A stretch of 61,940 nucleotides of DNA, filler included, from Stramenopiles sp. TOSAG23-3 (taxonomy: Eukaryota): NCBI GenBank assembly GCA_900128585.1. It is 18 parts of 18 records of this genome, joined end to end, with 100 filler letters (N's around TTAATTAATTAA, not from the genome) between each part and the next. Parts side by side here need not be neighbours in the genome. Positions count along the whole stretch, not along the records: positions 41,466 to 44,800 come from LT644282.1; positions 44,901 to 48,234 come from LT644283.1; positions 48,335 to 51,662 come from LT644284.1; positions 51,763 to 55,089 come from LT644285.1; 14 more parts are not named here. One strand, given 5' to 3'. Positions 43,711-55,189 of the stretch are shown here, piece after piece. Position numbers and translations under genes: made by a program. The notes under the pieces are model-generated. The model was given only the letters and a program-made list of their open reading frames with translations, did no database searches and had not been told where the DNA came from. Within the stretch, counting starts at the first letter, position 1; each line of letters begins with the position of its first letter.

Positions 43711-44487
43711 TTACCAACCAGAAGGGAATTCTTCCGGATCTTTGTCCTTGTAAACGCACATGTATTTACCAGTATTTTCCATCGTCAAATCATCAAATAC
43801 TTTTATGAGGCCTTTGCACGATACGCCAACGCTCATTGCACCCATATTCTTCATCATTTCTGCCCCTGGGCCAAATCCCGTTTGTACCATTCCTGGTGCC
43901 ACGTTGACAACGGCAATTCCCTTCCCGTCCTTCTTCATGTCAACGGCAATTCCCTTGCCAAGCATGTTGACGGCAGCTTTGGAACATCTGTAGGCATGGA
44001 TTCCTCCACTACCGTTGTCTGCAATAGAGGCCATTCCGGTGCTTAGAATGCATATTTTACCGCCCGGTGATTTCATCTGCCCGTTAACTGCTTGTTGAAC
44101 GCGCAGCACACCCAAACAATTTACATTGAAAGCTGCCATCATCCTTGCCGGAGAGACCTTGTGGATTTTCTGGTCTTCAAACATCTCGCCGGCCCCTTTG
44201 ATATCCCGTGTACCGTTCAACGAGCCGGCGTTGTGAACAACAACATCGATGGTGACGTCTTTCAGTGCTGAATTTGCCAGAACGGTGCCGACATCGTCGT
44301 TGGTCACATCCACGCCTTCAATAACAGTAACGTCGCCCACCACTTGACTTATTTCGTCGTTCCCAGTAGCGGAAGCGATTTTGCTCCTCACCGTCGCAAA
44401 TATTTTCTCCCCACGGGCAGCTAACTGTTTGACCAACTCCAGTCCGATTCCGGAGGAGCAGCCAGTAATAAGATACGTCGATGGCAT
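43711..44487 (-). CDS. Classical short-chain dehydrogenase/reductase (CsgA-like)
   Basis: TGCSSGIG, NAG, YRCSK, PGMVQT. Confidence 0.93.
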   Translation of the reverse strand: MPSTYLITGCSSGIGLELVKQLAARGEKIFATVRSKIASATGNDEISQVVGDVTVIEGVDVTNDDVGTVLANSALKDVTIDVVVHNAGSLNGTRDIKGAGEMFEDQKIHKVSPARMMAAFNVNCLGVLRVQQAVNGQMKSPGGKICILSTGMASIADNGSGGIHAYRCSKAAVNMLGKGIAVDMKKDGKGIAVVNVAPGMVQTGFGPGAEMMKNMGAMSVGVSCKGLIKVFDDLTMENTGKYMCVYKDKDPEEFPSGW

Positions 44488-44900
44488 GGTAAATTAATAT
44501 TCTTTTTGTAATTATGGAGCTTTCGAAAATCCGTAGTTTTGTGTTGTGTGAATGTCTACGTCGAATAAAATTCACTCTTGCCAGAACGAACGAACTAAAT
44601 TTATTCGTAAGAATAATAATATACATTATAATCCGGAATGAAATGGATTCATTGCAAGATGCAAGAGCAGAAGAGAAAAGGAAAGAAGGAAGAAGAAAAA
44701 AAAGGTCTCCTATCTATACTATAACTAATACTTGGTTTATTAATAATATAATACCTGTACGGTACTACCTACCTGTACTAAACTAACCAACCTCCTCTCC
44801 NNNNNNNNNNNNNNNNNNNNNNNNNNNNNNNNNNNNNNNNNNNNTTAATTAATTAANNNNNNNNNNNNNNNNNNNNNNNNNNNNNNNNNNNNNNNNNNNN

Positions 44901-45887
44901 GTCGTCCTCCTCGCTGTCGCTTCTACTGTCTTCCACTTCCCCACCAGACAGGACTTTGATCACCATCCTTGAAATCAAATAAAACCAGTACGCTTGCAAG
45001 GCGAACAAAACGTACAAAAGGCCGATTCCGATGACCACCGCCTTCGGGAGCCGTTCGAAGTCCCATCCCGTGCTGGCTTTGTACACCACGTACGGGTAGC
45101 AAACGATCCGCATGAGTGCGAACGTGATTGCAAATATCCCAAAACTTGCGTCGCACACGTTGTTCGTCGGTATGTTGATCGTCTTCCCTTTCGAGTCGGA
45201 CGACATGTACTTGAGAAGTTTGGCAACGTGCAACGGCACGTCGGCGGGGTCCAGCAACACCATGATGACGGCGCCGATGCGCACGTACGGCTTAAAGTAG
45301 CAAGTCCAGACGAGAAAGCAGGTGGAGACGTGATGGACAAACATTTGCCAAAAATCTTTTCTTTTTGCTTCCAAAAACAGGGATAGAACTGCCGCAAAGT
45401 AGCGGCCTAGGTAAGACAAAACGTAAAACGTCAGAGCAGTGTCAATGTTGTAGTGCGACTCCTGCGAGTCCGGGAGACTGTTGTCGTGCAAGTCGCCGAA
45501 CCACCGATCTGCTGGTAAAAACCCCTCTTGCTGGAGCACGATGACGTAACCAAAATACGAAAAAGCGGCGTACGTCAGGCCTTCCATTGCGCTCTGTCCA
45601 AATTTTGCAGTTCGACTCTCCAGCTTTCGCTTATCCCCGGTCACCCTTGGCAGGTAGTACCGTGCCAGGGGCTCGATGGTGAGCTTTCGCACAAGCCACG
45701 TCGCCACAAAGAACCACACCGATATGTAAGCAACCGCGTACATGTCTTCAGTCTTGTGGTTGTGGTCCTTCACGGACCTAATAACGCCAGACCGCCCGGT
45801 CCCGCTGACGAGGGCACCCGCCCACTGGACAAACAGCTGGTCCGTGTGCTGACGCGTCGCTTGAATGATATCAAGGTACTTGTTCAT
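44901..45887 (-). CDS. Ceramide synthase (LAG1/TLC domain), last codons missing
   Basis: Lag1 motif RKDFWQMFVHHVSTCFL..RIGAVIMVLLDPADVPL; C-terminal DSRSDSEED. Confidence 0.92.
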
Positions 45888-46815
45888 CGTTCTCAATTAA
45901 AATCGATGAATGATAGACTCCACTTCGTTCCTTCTTTCCTTCCTTGACAGAATGTTCTTATATAAGCGAGCGAGACATTCCGTACATTTTCTATTTCAAT
46001 TAAAAAAAACAATATCTAATGGCCTCGGCGCTTGGACACCACAATAAAATCAATAGAATCAATAGAAAGAAAGAACAACCATCTTTACTATTAGCTACTC
46101 TGTACTCTGTACTCTGTACTGTGTGCATATCTAGTAATACCCTTGGTACTGTGTAATGTGTAATGTGTTTTGTATTTTTTAGCTCCTACTGTACAGTGTA
46201 TCCATTCGTAATACTTTAAATAAAAATAACAGCGTAATAGCGTAATAAATAAATAAATAATTTAATAATTTAAATTCCAAATTTGTCATTTCTTTCTTCT
46301 TTTATATACTTATATAGAGTTAGAGGAAGTTCATTTAAATAATTCCAAGCTGACAGAACATCTGAAAAAAATAGAAGAAAAAAGTGAATATAGGAATAGC
46401 ATATAGTATAGGGATTTCAGATTTCAGCAAATTGGGAATTGGAAGGAGGACAGCACACAGCACCAGAGAGCAATATAATCTGTATAGCACAGGAGCACAG
46501 CATTTCGTTGTCACGGCATGACCATCGGATTTAGTTGAAACTTTCTTTTTTACCAACGAACAACATCATCTTTTTACAAAAGAGAAAAAAGAGACTCCTC
46601 TTTCTCCATTGTTATTTTCTAACTGTTATTTTTACTACTATGATGGTATTCATTCAGCAGGTAATAAATAAGCGAAAAAATAATTAGGACTAACTTACCT
46701 GTTGAAATTTCAATTCATCATCCTTCCCTACGAGATATATGTAAAAAAATGTTTTGTCCAGTAAAAAAGTAAAATGAAAAAAAATTTGGTAAGAATTACT
46801 ACCAAAACAACCCGT

Positions 46816-48231
46816 TTACGCGTGGAGCACTTTCACTTTTGCAAAATTCTTCTCGTCAAAGAACACATGGTCCACGTTCCATCCACACTCCGCCAGAGCA
46901 AGCAAGTAAGGCTCGATCGTCTCCTCGCCCTTTTCCAAAGCACTTTCAACGATCACCCTGGGCGCCATGCCAGCGAACGTTGAAAGTGCGTGGTATTCGT
47001 ACAGAATGTGGGCCGTCACGTAGCCCTGGAGCATGTCCTTGCTCGTCGCATCGTCTGCAAAAATTAAACCTACTTTCTTCCTGTCCGCTGCCAGGTCCAA
47101 ATGAAACCCGCGGCACTTCAATTGCGACACCACGTGTTCGACGACATCGTCCCCCTCAAAGGACCCCGTCCGAAGGAACTCCTCGAACTTCATTCCTATC
47201 ACAATACGGGACTGCTCCTCGTGCCCGTCTCTCAAATATTTCCCGTACTCCCCGACCACCAACTCTTCCTGGGCCACCATCGCGGGCGTCATGTACTCGC
47301 TGCCCGCGGAATCGGACTCTCCCCCACGGCACTTGGCCAAATAGTCCCGAGTAAAAATGTCCCCGCGCTGGCTGTTCAGCGTATCCAACGTGACGTGCTG
47401 CAGGCTCTTGTACATCGAAAAAAGGTGCCCTCCGCTGAGCAGAAATACGCATGGCAAGATCGCCAAAGGGTCTGTGCCGACGAAAGACGACAGCACGATC
47501 CCGACACCCGTTCCAATGGTAGACGCTACGACCGTTTGCGACCCCGCCTTTGCGGTGATGTCGGCCAAGTTGTGGTCCTTCGCAAACGACAAGTGAATCC
47601 CAGCTCTCGTCGCGCTGGCGGCCAACCAAGAAATGTTCTTCCCGACGTTCGCTATGGCCGCCAAGGGTAAAAACAACACGGGCATCAAAGGGGTCATCGC
47701 TTCCAGGTACATTGCAAAGTCCAGAGAGATGGCCGCGACAATCCGCCACCGCTTCGGGTCTGCGTCGAAGCGGTTGTTGACCAAGCTGGCAAAAAGCACA
47801 CCCCCCATTTGGCCCAGCCCGTCCTTCAAAACCCAGTTGATGGCCGCCGACAAAGGGATCGCCCCGGCGCCGAGCCCGATGGCGTACAGAAGGCTCTGGG
47901 TCGACAGTACCATCGCTGCGGACGACGCAATCGTTCCCACCGCGTAGACTTTGGAGTACTCCAAGTAGCTCTTTGGAACGGAGGAGTGAAAGTTTTTCGG
48001 GAGCAAGTGGTGGAGGGCCTTTTCAAACAAAGATATGCGGCTGGCGACATTGGTAAGCTCGAACGCTTGCTTCTCTCCACGCTTTTCGAAAGTTTGCTCT
48101 TCTCTATTCTGTACAATGCGAAGAGAACGGTCGGAAAGGTTAGAAAACAGCTGCGCGCAACCAGGACGGGGCCAGCCGTACAATCCGGGGCCAAAGTACC
48201 GAACCGACCGGGCAAAGCGACGAGCCAACAT
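46816..48231 (-). CDS. RUS1/DUF647 (root UVB sensitive) family protein with organellar presequence
   Basis: VLSTQSLLYAIGLG, INWVLKDGLGQMG, FDADPKRWR, NLADITAKAGSQ, TLNSQR. Confidence 0.92.
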   Translation of the reverse strand: MLARRFARSVRYFGPGLYGWPRPGCAQLFSNLSDRSLRIVQNREEQTFEKRGEKQAFELTNVASRISLFEKALHHLLPKNFHSSVPKSYLEYSKVYAVGTIASSAAMVLSTQSLLYAIGLGAGAIPLSAAINWVLKDGLGQMGGVLFASLVNNRFDADPKRWRIVAAISLDFAMYLEAMTPLMPVLFLPLAAIANVGKNISWLAASATRAGIHLSFAKDHNLADITAKAGSQTVVASTIGTGVGIVLSSFVGTDPLAILPCVFLLSGGHLFSMYKSLQHVTLDTLNSQRGDIFTRDYLAKCRGGESDSAGSEYMTPAMVAQEELVVGEYGKYLRDGHEEQSRIVIGMKFEEFLRTGSFEGDDVVEHVVSQLKCRGFHLDLAADRKKVGLIFADDATSKDMLQGYVTAHILYEYHALSTFAGMAPRVIVESALEKGEETIEPYLLALAECGWNVDHVFFDEKNFAKVKVLHA

Positions 48232-48334
48232 GGTNNNNNNNNNNNNNNNNNNNNNNNNNNNNNNNNNNNNNNNNNNNNTTAATTAATTAANNNNNNNNNN
48301 NNNNNNNNNNNNNNNNNNNNNNNNNNNNNNNNNN

Positions 48335-48464
48335 TCACCAGCGCGTTCACTGCATCTTCACACATCTGTTCACGTGTGTCAAGGACATGGCCCTGGTCCA
48401 CGGATTCGGACAAGAACACCAATAGAAAGACAAGCGAGATCGCCAGCATTGCATTAGAAACCAT
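48335..48464 (-). CDS. N-terminal fragment of a secreted or membrane protein
   Basis: MVSNAMLAISLVFLLVFLSES signal-like segment running off the contig edge. Confidence 0.5.
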
Positions 48465-48595
48465 TTTCACAGCCAATCGCTCTTTCCATATACTATAAAA
48501 TAAATTCGAATTTGTTCATTCTTCGTATTAAATTTCACTCCAATGATTTGGTAACCATACTAAAAATGCATCTTAAAAAACAATCAATCAAACTC

Positions 48596-48785
48596 AGAAG
48601 AGCACGAATTATGAAAGGAAAAAACAAATCGTAGTAAGCACGAATTATTACAGGAAAAAAATCGTGCGAATTATTTTTGAGATAATAAAAAAATCGTAGA
48701 TATAGTAGAAGAGCACGAATTATTATTAGCTGCTGAAATTCGTAGGAAAGAAGCACGAATTATTAGCTCCTGAAATTCGTGGTAG
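48596..48785. repeat. Array of five degenerate units (AGCA)CGAATTAT-Nx-AAA(T)TCGT
   Basis: AGCACGAATTAT at 48601, 48637, 48712 and 48752, with a partial copy at 48667. Confidence 0.85.
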
Positions 48786-48955
48786 ACTACAAAATCCCTT
48801 AAATTTTCATCCTCTTAACCGATATTACAGTATAAAAATAACATTGGTGTGATTTTAATTACACCTCAATAGTGTCAGATTTATTGCCTTAATAATTGGT
48901 AATATTGGAAACATTAAGGGAATATTGGGGATTTGATTACACAGTATTAATAGTT

Positions 48956-49337
48956 AGAGTAGAATCAAATATAAGATTGGGTTTTTTTTTTAATAGTCTT
49001 CTAGTTAATAATTGTTTGGTTTATTAGTGAAATATTCCGATTTTCTATTTTTTCCTTACTATGTGATGTATCTCGCGGTGCACCAATTTCAGAATTGGTA
49101 TACCTATGGTATACGGTGTAAATAAAATTCTTGGTGCACCAATTTCAGAATTACATAGAGACAGTACTGCAAATCCAAATATCAATTTCGCGAATCGCTT
49201 GCTTTTAATTTCGGAATTGGTGCACCGCAAGATAGATGACATAGCAGGGAAATATTTTAATTTCGGTGTTTTTTTTTCACTAAACCAAACAACTTTTAAC
49301 TTTAAAACAAAAAGCCCACTCTTATTTGATCTACTCT
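48956..49337. repeat. Degenerate foldback (long inverted repeat), MITE-like
   Basis: Left arm about 48956-49096 pairs with right arm about 49207-49337, e.g. GCGGTGCACCAATT / AATTGGTGCACCGC and TTGTTTGGTTT / AAACCAAACAA. Confidence 0.8.
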
Positions 49338-49691
49338 CCTCTATAAAAAAATAACAAACAGAAGAAGTAAAAAAAATATTGTCCAATATTATTTATAATA
49401 ATAATTTAAATGAAAAAATACTATTATTATTTTTTATTATTATTATATTATAGTCCTATACACCTGTATTCTACTATACAAAATTCTTCCCCATTTTTTC
49501 GAATTTCATTCTTCAGTCCCGTCCATTGACCGTTGACAAAAAGCTAATAAACCTAGAACGAGATTTGAAAGACAGGGGTAGAACAAGATGTTTCATTGAG
49601 TATTGTGTACAGAACCCTTCCTAACGACGAGAAGCAATTAGTCGTTGTGTCCTCTTGTAGGTACCGCACGGAGAGACTGACTGGCGTAATA

Positions 49692-50522
49692 ATGAATATG
49701 TTCCGGCAGTTCGCTGTTTGTAGGGGTTCGAGACGGCTGCGAATTTCGCCTCTCGTGCTGGGCGCCCCATATTCCTCCATGGGCCGCGCTACTCAAATTC
49801 GTCGGGTTGAAAAATGGGGCGACGTGGAAGATTTTTTTGACAAAGGTTTGCCGTGTATAGTTACGAATGGCACGTTAGACTGGCCGGCAGTTGAGAAGTG
49901 GAAGAAGATTGAGCATCTCAAGAAGAAGTATGGGGACGTTTACGTACCCGTCGAAGTTGGTAGGAACTATGTAGACTCCGAAGAGCACCAGGTCTTGTTC
50001 GGCGCATTTTTGGACTACGTGGTGAAGAAGGGAGACCCTTGCTTTGACGATGGAACACTGCCGGTACTGTACCTGGCGCAGCACGACTTGTTTGAACAAA
50101 TACCGGACTTGAAGAAGGATATCGTGACACCACAACCATGCACAGCACTTGGAAACGGAGATTTGTATTCCACCCGTGCTTGGATCTCGGGGGCTGGGAC
50201 TACGTCCAACGCCCACACGGATCCGTGCCATAATTTTTACTGCCAGACTGTCGGGCACAAATACTTTCGAATTTTCTTCCCTGAAACCGAGGACGATATG
50301 TATCCGCATAAAGACCACTTTAGAAAAAACACCTCCACTATCAGCGACGTGTTGGGATCGAAGGAAGAGCTGTACGAGGGCGGGTTCGAGCGTTTTGTAA
50401 CGCAAGTAAGCGCGCAAGAGGCCACACTAGGTCCCGGCGATGCTCTGTATATACCAAAAAAGATGTGGCACTTTGCAACGTCAAAGGACGTTTCGATCGG
50501 CGTAAATTTTTGGTGGTTGTGA
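49692..50522 (+). CDS. JmjC (cupin_8, JMJD5/KDM8-like) 2-oxoglutarate oxygenase
   Basis: WPAVEKW, VPVEVG, YLAQHDLFEQIPDLKKDI, HxD (AHTDP), GHKYFRIF, LGPGDALYIPKKMWH, VNFWW. Confidence 0.9.
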   Translation: MNMFRQFAVCRGSRRLRISPLVLGAPYSSMGRATQIRRVEKWGDVEDFFDKGLPCIVTNGTLDWPAVEKWKKIEHLKKKYGDVYVPVEVGRNYVDSEEHQVLFGAFLDYVVKKGDPCFDDGTLPVLYLAQHDLFEQIPDLKKDIVTPQPCTALGNGDLYSTRAWISGAGTTSNAHTDPCHNFYCQTVGHKYFRIFFPETEDDMYPHKDHFRKNTSTISDVLGSKEELYEGGFERFVTQVSAQEATLGPGDALYIPKKMWHFATSKDVSIGVNFWWL

Positions 50523-50562
50523 TTAATTAGATTGTGCTTAGTTGTGTGTGTGCACATTAAAT

Positions 50563-50897
50563 TCTTAAAAACAAAAAATTGGCTGTTATTTAAGTAATTA
50601 AATTTAGCTTCGTCTTAAAAACAAAAAATTGGCTGTTATTTAAAAGTAATTTTAAAAACGAAAAAATGGCTGTTATTTAAGTAATTAAAATTTAGCTGTC
50701 ACATGAACCGCGAAAATGAATCTGCTGCTCCTTTTGTCCATTAAAAACAAGAAAAATTGGCTGTTATTTAAGTGTAATTAAAATTAATGTAATAACAGCC
50801 AATTTTCTTGTTTAATTAATGTACAGCGAACTGAAATCTAGATTTAGACATTCAAGGTTTACGTTCCTTCATGTACTGCAAACTTAACTTTGCTCTT
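50563..50897. repeat. Cluster of repeat family A (5 exact cores) plus module B (50816-50872)
   Basis: GGCTGTTATT at 50581, 50631, 50668 and 50759; AATAACAGCC at 50791; lies between convergent stop codons. Confidence 0.92.
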
Positions 50898-51010
50898 TTG
50901 GTTTAATTAACCATTGAAGGCTGTATTTCTGGCCAAATACAAATATCCTATTATTTGTTACAGGAGATAAGCTGGGTTGACACAATAGTGTGGCCTGGTA
51001 TGCATCGAAA

Positions 51011-51662
51011 CTATAGCTTTGTATCCGGCGCGTCTTCTTGTTTGATGCAGTAAGATGCATGTAGAAGAATCAAAGCAAGAAAGAACATTTCAATGTAAAG
51101 GAATCCAATACCACCGGTTGCCACACGCAAACGGGTATCCATGCGAACCGCTACATAGTCTGGGTAGTTTCCTTCAGGATCTGACATGCAATATTTAGCA
51201 ACGTTAGTATAGTTACTGTACAACCGAGAAGCAACGAGGCGCTTGTGGAAGTCATCGTCGCACTCTTCGTAGTCGGCCATAGTATCACTCACCGTTTTTA
51301 TGCCGCTGTTCTTATCCAGTGTATACTTTAGACCGATGCGATACGACTGTTTGTCGCAGGGCGGCAGATTTTTCGTGCTATCCGTGCATCCCGTGATAAC
51401 GTCTTCCACTTTCCATGTGCATTTAGGAGCAGTTTTCTTTTTCCAGCAGTTTGCTTTTTCGTAGTCAACATATCCTCCACAGTCTCTCTTGACGGCAGTC
51501 CTAATTACGTTAACTCCTTCGACCTGATCGGAAAATGTCCCGCATCTTTTTCCATCACCGTACCAGTACTTCAGTTCCTCGTCGCTGCACTTGTAGACGT
51601 CTCTTCCTAACTTGTAATCTTTGCTGACGCAAGTATTTGCTGGAACTTTCGCTTGGGCTCTG
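51011..51662 (-). CDS. C-terminal part of a Cys-rich membrane protein, 5'-partial
   Basis: Frame stays open upstream of the listed 51409 start; Cys-rich segment followed by a hydrophobic helix (GIGFLYIEMFFLALILLHASYCI). Confidence 0.65.
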
Positions 51663-51762
51663 NNNNNNNNNNNNNNNNNNNNNNNNNNNNNNNNNNNNNN
51701 NNNNNNTTAATTAATTAANNNNNNNNNNNNNNNNNNNNNNNNNNNNNNNNNNNNNNNNNNNN

Positions 51763-54700
51763 GACAAAGGGCAGCTGGAGGGCCCGGGCCCTCGGACACC
51801 GCCGCGGTGATACCGAAGGAGAAGAAAGAGGCCGTGATCCAGAAGACAGAAGCCGCGATCCAGAAGACAAAAACTGCAATCCAGAAGAAAGAAGTTGTGG
51901 TCCAGAAGTCAGAAGCCGTGATCCAGGCAAAGGACGCCGGGGAACTTTCGACGGGGAAAGGAAGGGCAATCGGAGAGCCCTGTGAGAATGACTGGGAGTG
52001 TGAAAGTGGAAAATGTGACATCCGTAACCCGAAGATCCGCCTGTGTTTGCCAAAGGAGCCAGAGAAGAAGAAAGTCGGCGAACCTTGCTCGAACAACACG
52101 GAATGCATCACTGAAAATTGTGAAACAATAAACCCAAAAAATCGGACTTGTGGGCCAGACGAACTTGATAATTTTATGAAAAATTTACCGCGTTTACCAG
52201 TCCTGAGTTCAGAAGAGTTAACAAAATCTAGAATCAAACACCTCAATGACATAAATGTACACGAGCACGCATCATCTCCACAAGCACAGGTGGAAGCGCG
52301 CAACCAGGAACTTGCAGAGGAAAAAATCGAAGAGAAAAGAGATATAAAAACTATGGAGAAAGAGTCGTGGGTCCGACAATCAGAAACATATATTCGAAAA
52401 GTGGAAGAGACTAGGCAAACGATGGAGCGCAAACACAGGGAAGAGGGAAAAAAAGACGAGATGGAACAACAAATAGAGAAAACGTCCGCTACTAGTCACC
52501 TCAAAACAGCGATGGAGAGAAAACGAAACTGCGTGGCAGTTTTTCAGGATAAACAAGAGCAGCGAAAACGTATGCTTGCGGAAAGAATGTCCAGGCCCGA
52601 AAAGTGTTTAATAAACGGGTTTTCGAATGTGCGAACTTTACAGGACTTTCAATACCGGGTCCTAGGGGAGGGCACGTATTACTTGAACAAGAATAGCGAT
52701 TTCTCGATATATGCGTATTTCGAGGCGATCGATAGATCGACAGTTGGCATTTCAAAAATAGCAATGAAAGTTGACGAAAGGGAAACCATTGTACTGTTTG
52801 ATAAAGGGCAAAAAGTTACAATTGTCCAAGACTGCCAAGAACGTGTAGCAGAGGAGGGGAAAACTTTCAGCGTGAACGGCATTACAATATCACAAGAAAG
52901 AACAGGCACGGGAGGGGGAAAATCTTGGGTTTTTGCGCACAAACATTTCTCTATGCTAGTCACTCCTTCAGGCACGCTGCCGTCCATTCATCGCGCCTGC
53001 AATGATTGCCAAAAATACTTTCACATCGCTCTCGCGTTGAAGCTTCCGTACGACCAGTACAGAGGCATATCAGGGCTGTGCGGCAAATTATCAAAGCACG
53101 GGAGAGAGTCAGATAATTGGTACTTTGGTGCAAATTCGATGCTTACTAAACACAGCTTGGATCGCTTCGTCGTAGACGGCGGGGGGTATTCTTGGTGTGA
53201 CGACAAGGCGGTGACGAAGTCGGCCAATGACGTTGCAGTCGCCGAGTGCTACGTTGTGGGGGATCCGCACATCACCACATTTTCAGGCTTCCAGTACAAC
53301 TTGTATTCTGGCACCGAGCCACAGGAATATCAATTGTTCAAGCATCCGCATGCCCAGGAGTCGTTTCACATTGTGACTTTCCCCATATCCAAAGGCAGCA
53401 TTGTGGCTGGTGTCAGCGAATTGTCCTTTGAGACAGAAAGTGGAGAGAAGGTCACAATAGAAGGAGGGAACAATGGCAGGGCCAATGTGCACTTGAATTG
53501 TGGTCCCATATGGGGGCCGAATGGTACGACCCCAGGAGGGACAAAAATGGTTGGTGACGAGAGTCGCCTTGAGATCAAGACTCCTGGAGGAACGCACATA
53601 GTCGTTGAAATGTGGGATGCCCCTGGACCTTATATGAATGTCTACGTACTGTCACGAATCCCGCACGATGGCCAGGCAAATGGTCTTTGCGGAAAATTTA
53701 GCCAGGGAGGTAGAGATGCTGACAAAGGCGCCATGTCATTCATGGAAGGGTCATGGGGGTTTAAAGGATCTCAGAGTTATACAGAAGGCGCGAGTTCAAA
53801 AATTGTCGACCGAAAGGGTTCCGTAAAGAGCCTATCGTGTCCGCTAAGCCTAGGCCCAAAATTTTCTGGGAGCTTCGCTCCACTTGCAAAGACTGCCACC
53901 TGTGAAATAGTAGGACCTGCGCTGGTCAACACCTTTTCTTCCTACACGTACAATGCCCGGACGATTGGGAATTTTCTTGCTGTCAAGCACCCTAATCTCA
54001 AGGAAGAAGTATTTGTTTCTATCGATGTGCTGAAAAGAGAAGAGAAAGAGAGAGAGCAGGATGTATCCGCAAGCAATGGAAAACTATCCTCGGAGGTATT
54101 GGCTGTGAAGTCTGTTGCAATTAAACTGAGCGAATTGGACTCCGTGACAATCTCCAGCATCGACTCAAAATTTTCTGTGACAACAAATTGCCAGGAGAAC
54201 AAGGATGATGATAAAATCCTGGGAGACGGTGACTCAGTCTCTTTTGGGGGAGCCATGTTATCTGTACTGCAGGACAAGCTAACCGTGACCACAGAGAGTG
54301 GTACCATGATTTTTGTGTACGCAGGATCGGGCGAGGTAGAATCCGTGTACATTTCGGTGAAAGTCCCACAAGACGGGCAAAGTTCTGGAATGTGCGGAGC
54401 GTACGGGGCGAGGAGAACAGTCGACGATTTGCTTCTCTTCGGACCATTAAAGAGCCTCACGTCCCCCGAAAGCGACACATTAGAGTACCATTCTGCATCT
54501 CAATTTGTTAACAACTTACCATTTTGCTCTAACAATGATTTGGTCGAAAAAAGCACCTCATTCTTCGAAGGCAGCTCGCTGCTGATGCAGAACGCAAAAC
54601 AATCAATCGCCGGCAATGCTCGTTTCAGGGCAGCCCCCCCCACCCCAGAAATGCGAACAATTGGGGGCTCCAAAGATTGTCAAATTTTGCAGAGAAAATG

Positions 54701-55089
54701 TCAGGGGTCTGTCAACGAATTCGAAGCGGTATCTCGAATTGGTCCGACTGTTTGCTATGGCATCAAACGCAGAACTTCGACAAAAACAAGAATTGTCCCT
54801 AGAAGAGGAAGAAACGAACACGACGTCGGCACGAGAAGTATGTCAATCGTTCTCAACGAGAGTCGCACGGCATTCGTGCGAGGCCGACATGTTCGTTGCA
54901 GATGGAAATGCCAGGCTCGTACATGCGCTGTTAAACATAGAGCGACAAATTGAAAAGACGGCAGTGGTGGTGCAAACGAAAGCGGAGGAAATGAGACACC
55001 CAGCATTAGAGGAATCCTCAGGGACAAAGGTCCCACTTTCGGTGGATATCGAAGATCTCTGCAAAGATAACAGTGACGTCGCCACGCTG
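51763..55089 (+). CDS. Large extracellular protein with Cys-rich repeats, coiled coil and three VWD-like domains; partial, +1 frame break near 54640
   Basis: GEPCENDWECESGKC / GEPCSNNTECITENC; CYVVGDPHITTFSGFQYN; GLCGK twice and GMCGAY; continuation PQKCEQL..SCEADMFV lies in the +1 frame. Confidence 0.8.
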
Positions 55090-55189
55090 NNNNNNNNNNN
55101 NNNNNNNNNNNNNNNNNNNNNNNNNNNNNNNNNTTAATTAATTAANNNNNNNNNNNNNNNNNNNNNNNNNNNNNNNNNNNNNNNNNNNN

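Noticed and set aside
50900-50921. GGTTTAATTAACC resembling the start of nematode spliced leader SL1
   Set aside because: Short AT-rich palindrome, diverges after 10 nt, single copy and 3' of genes
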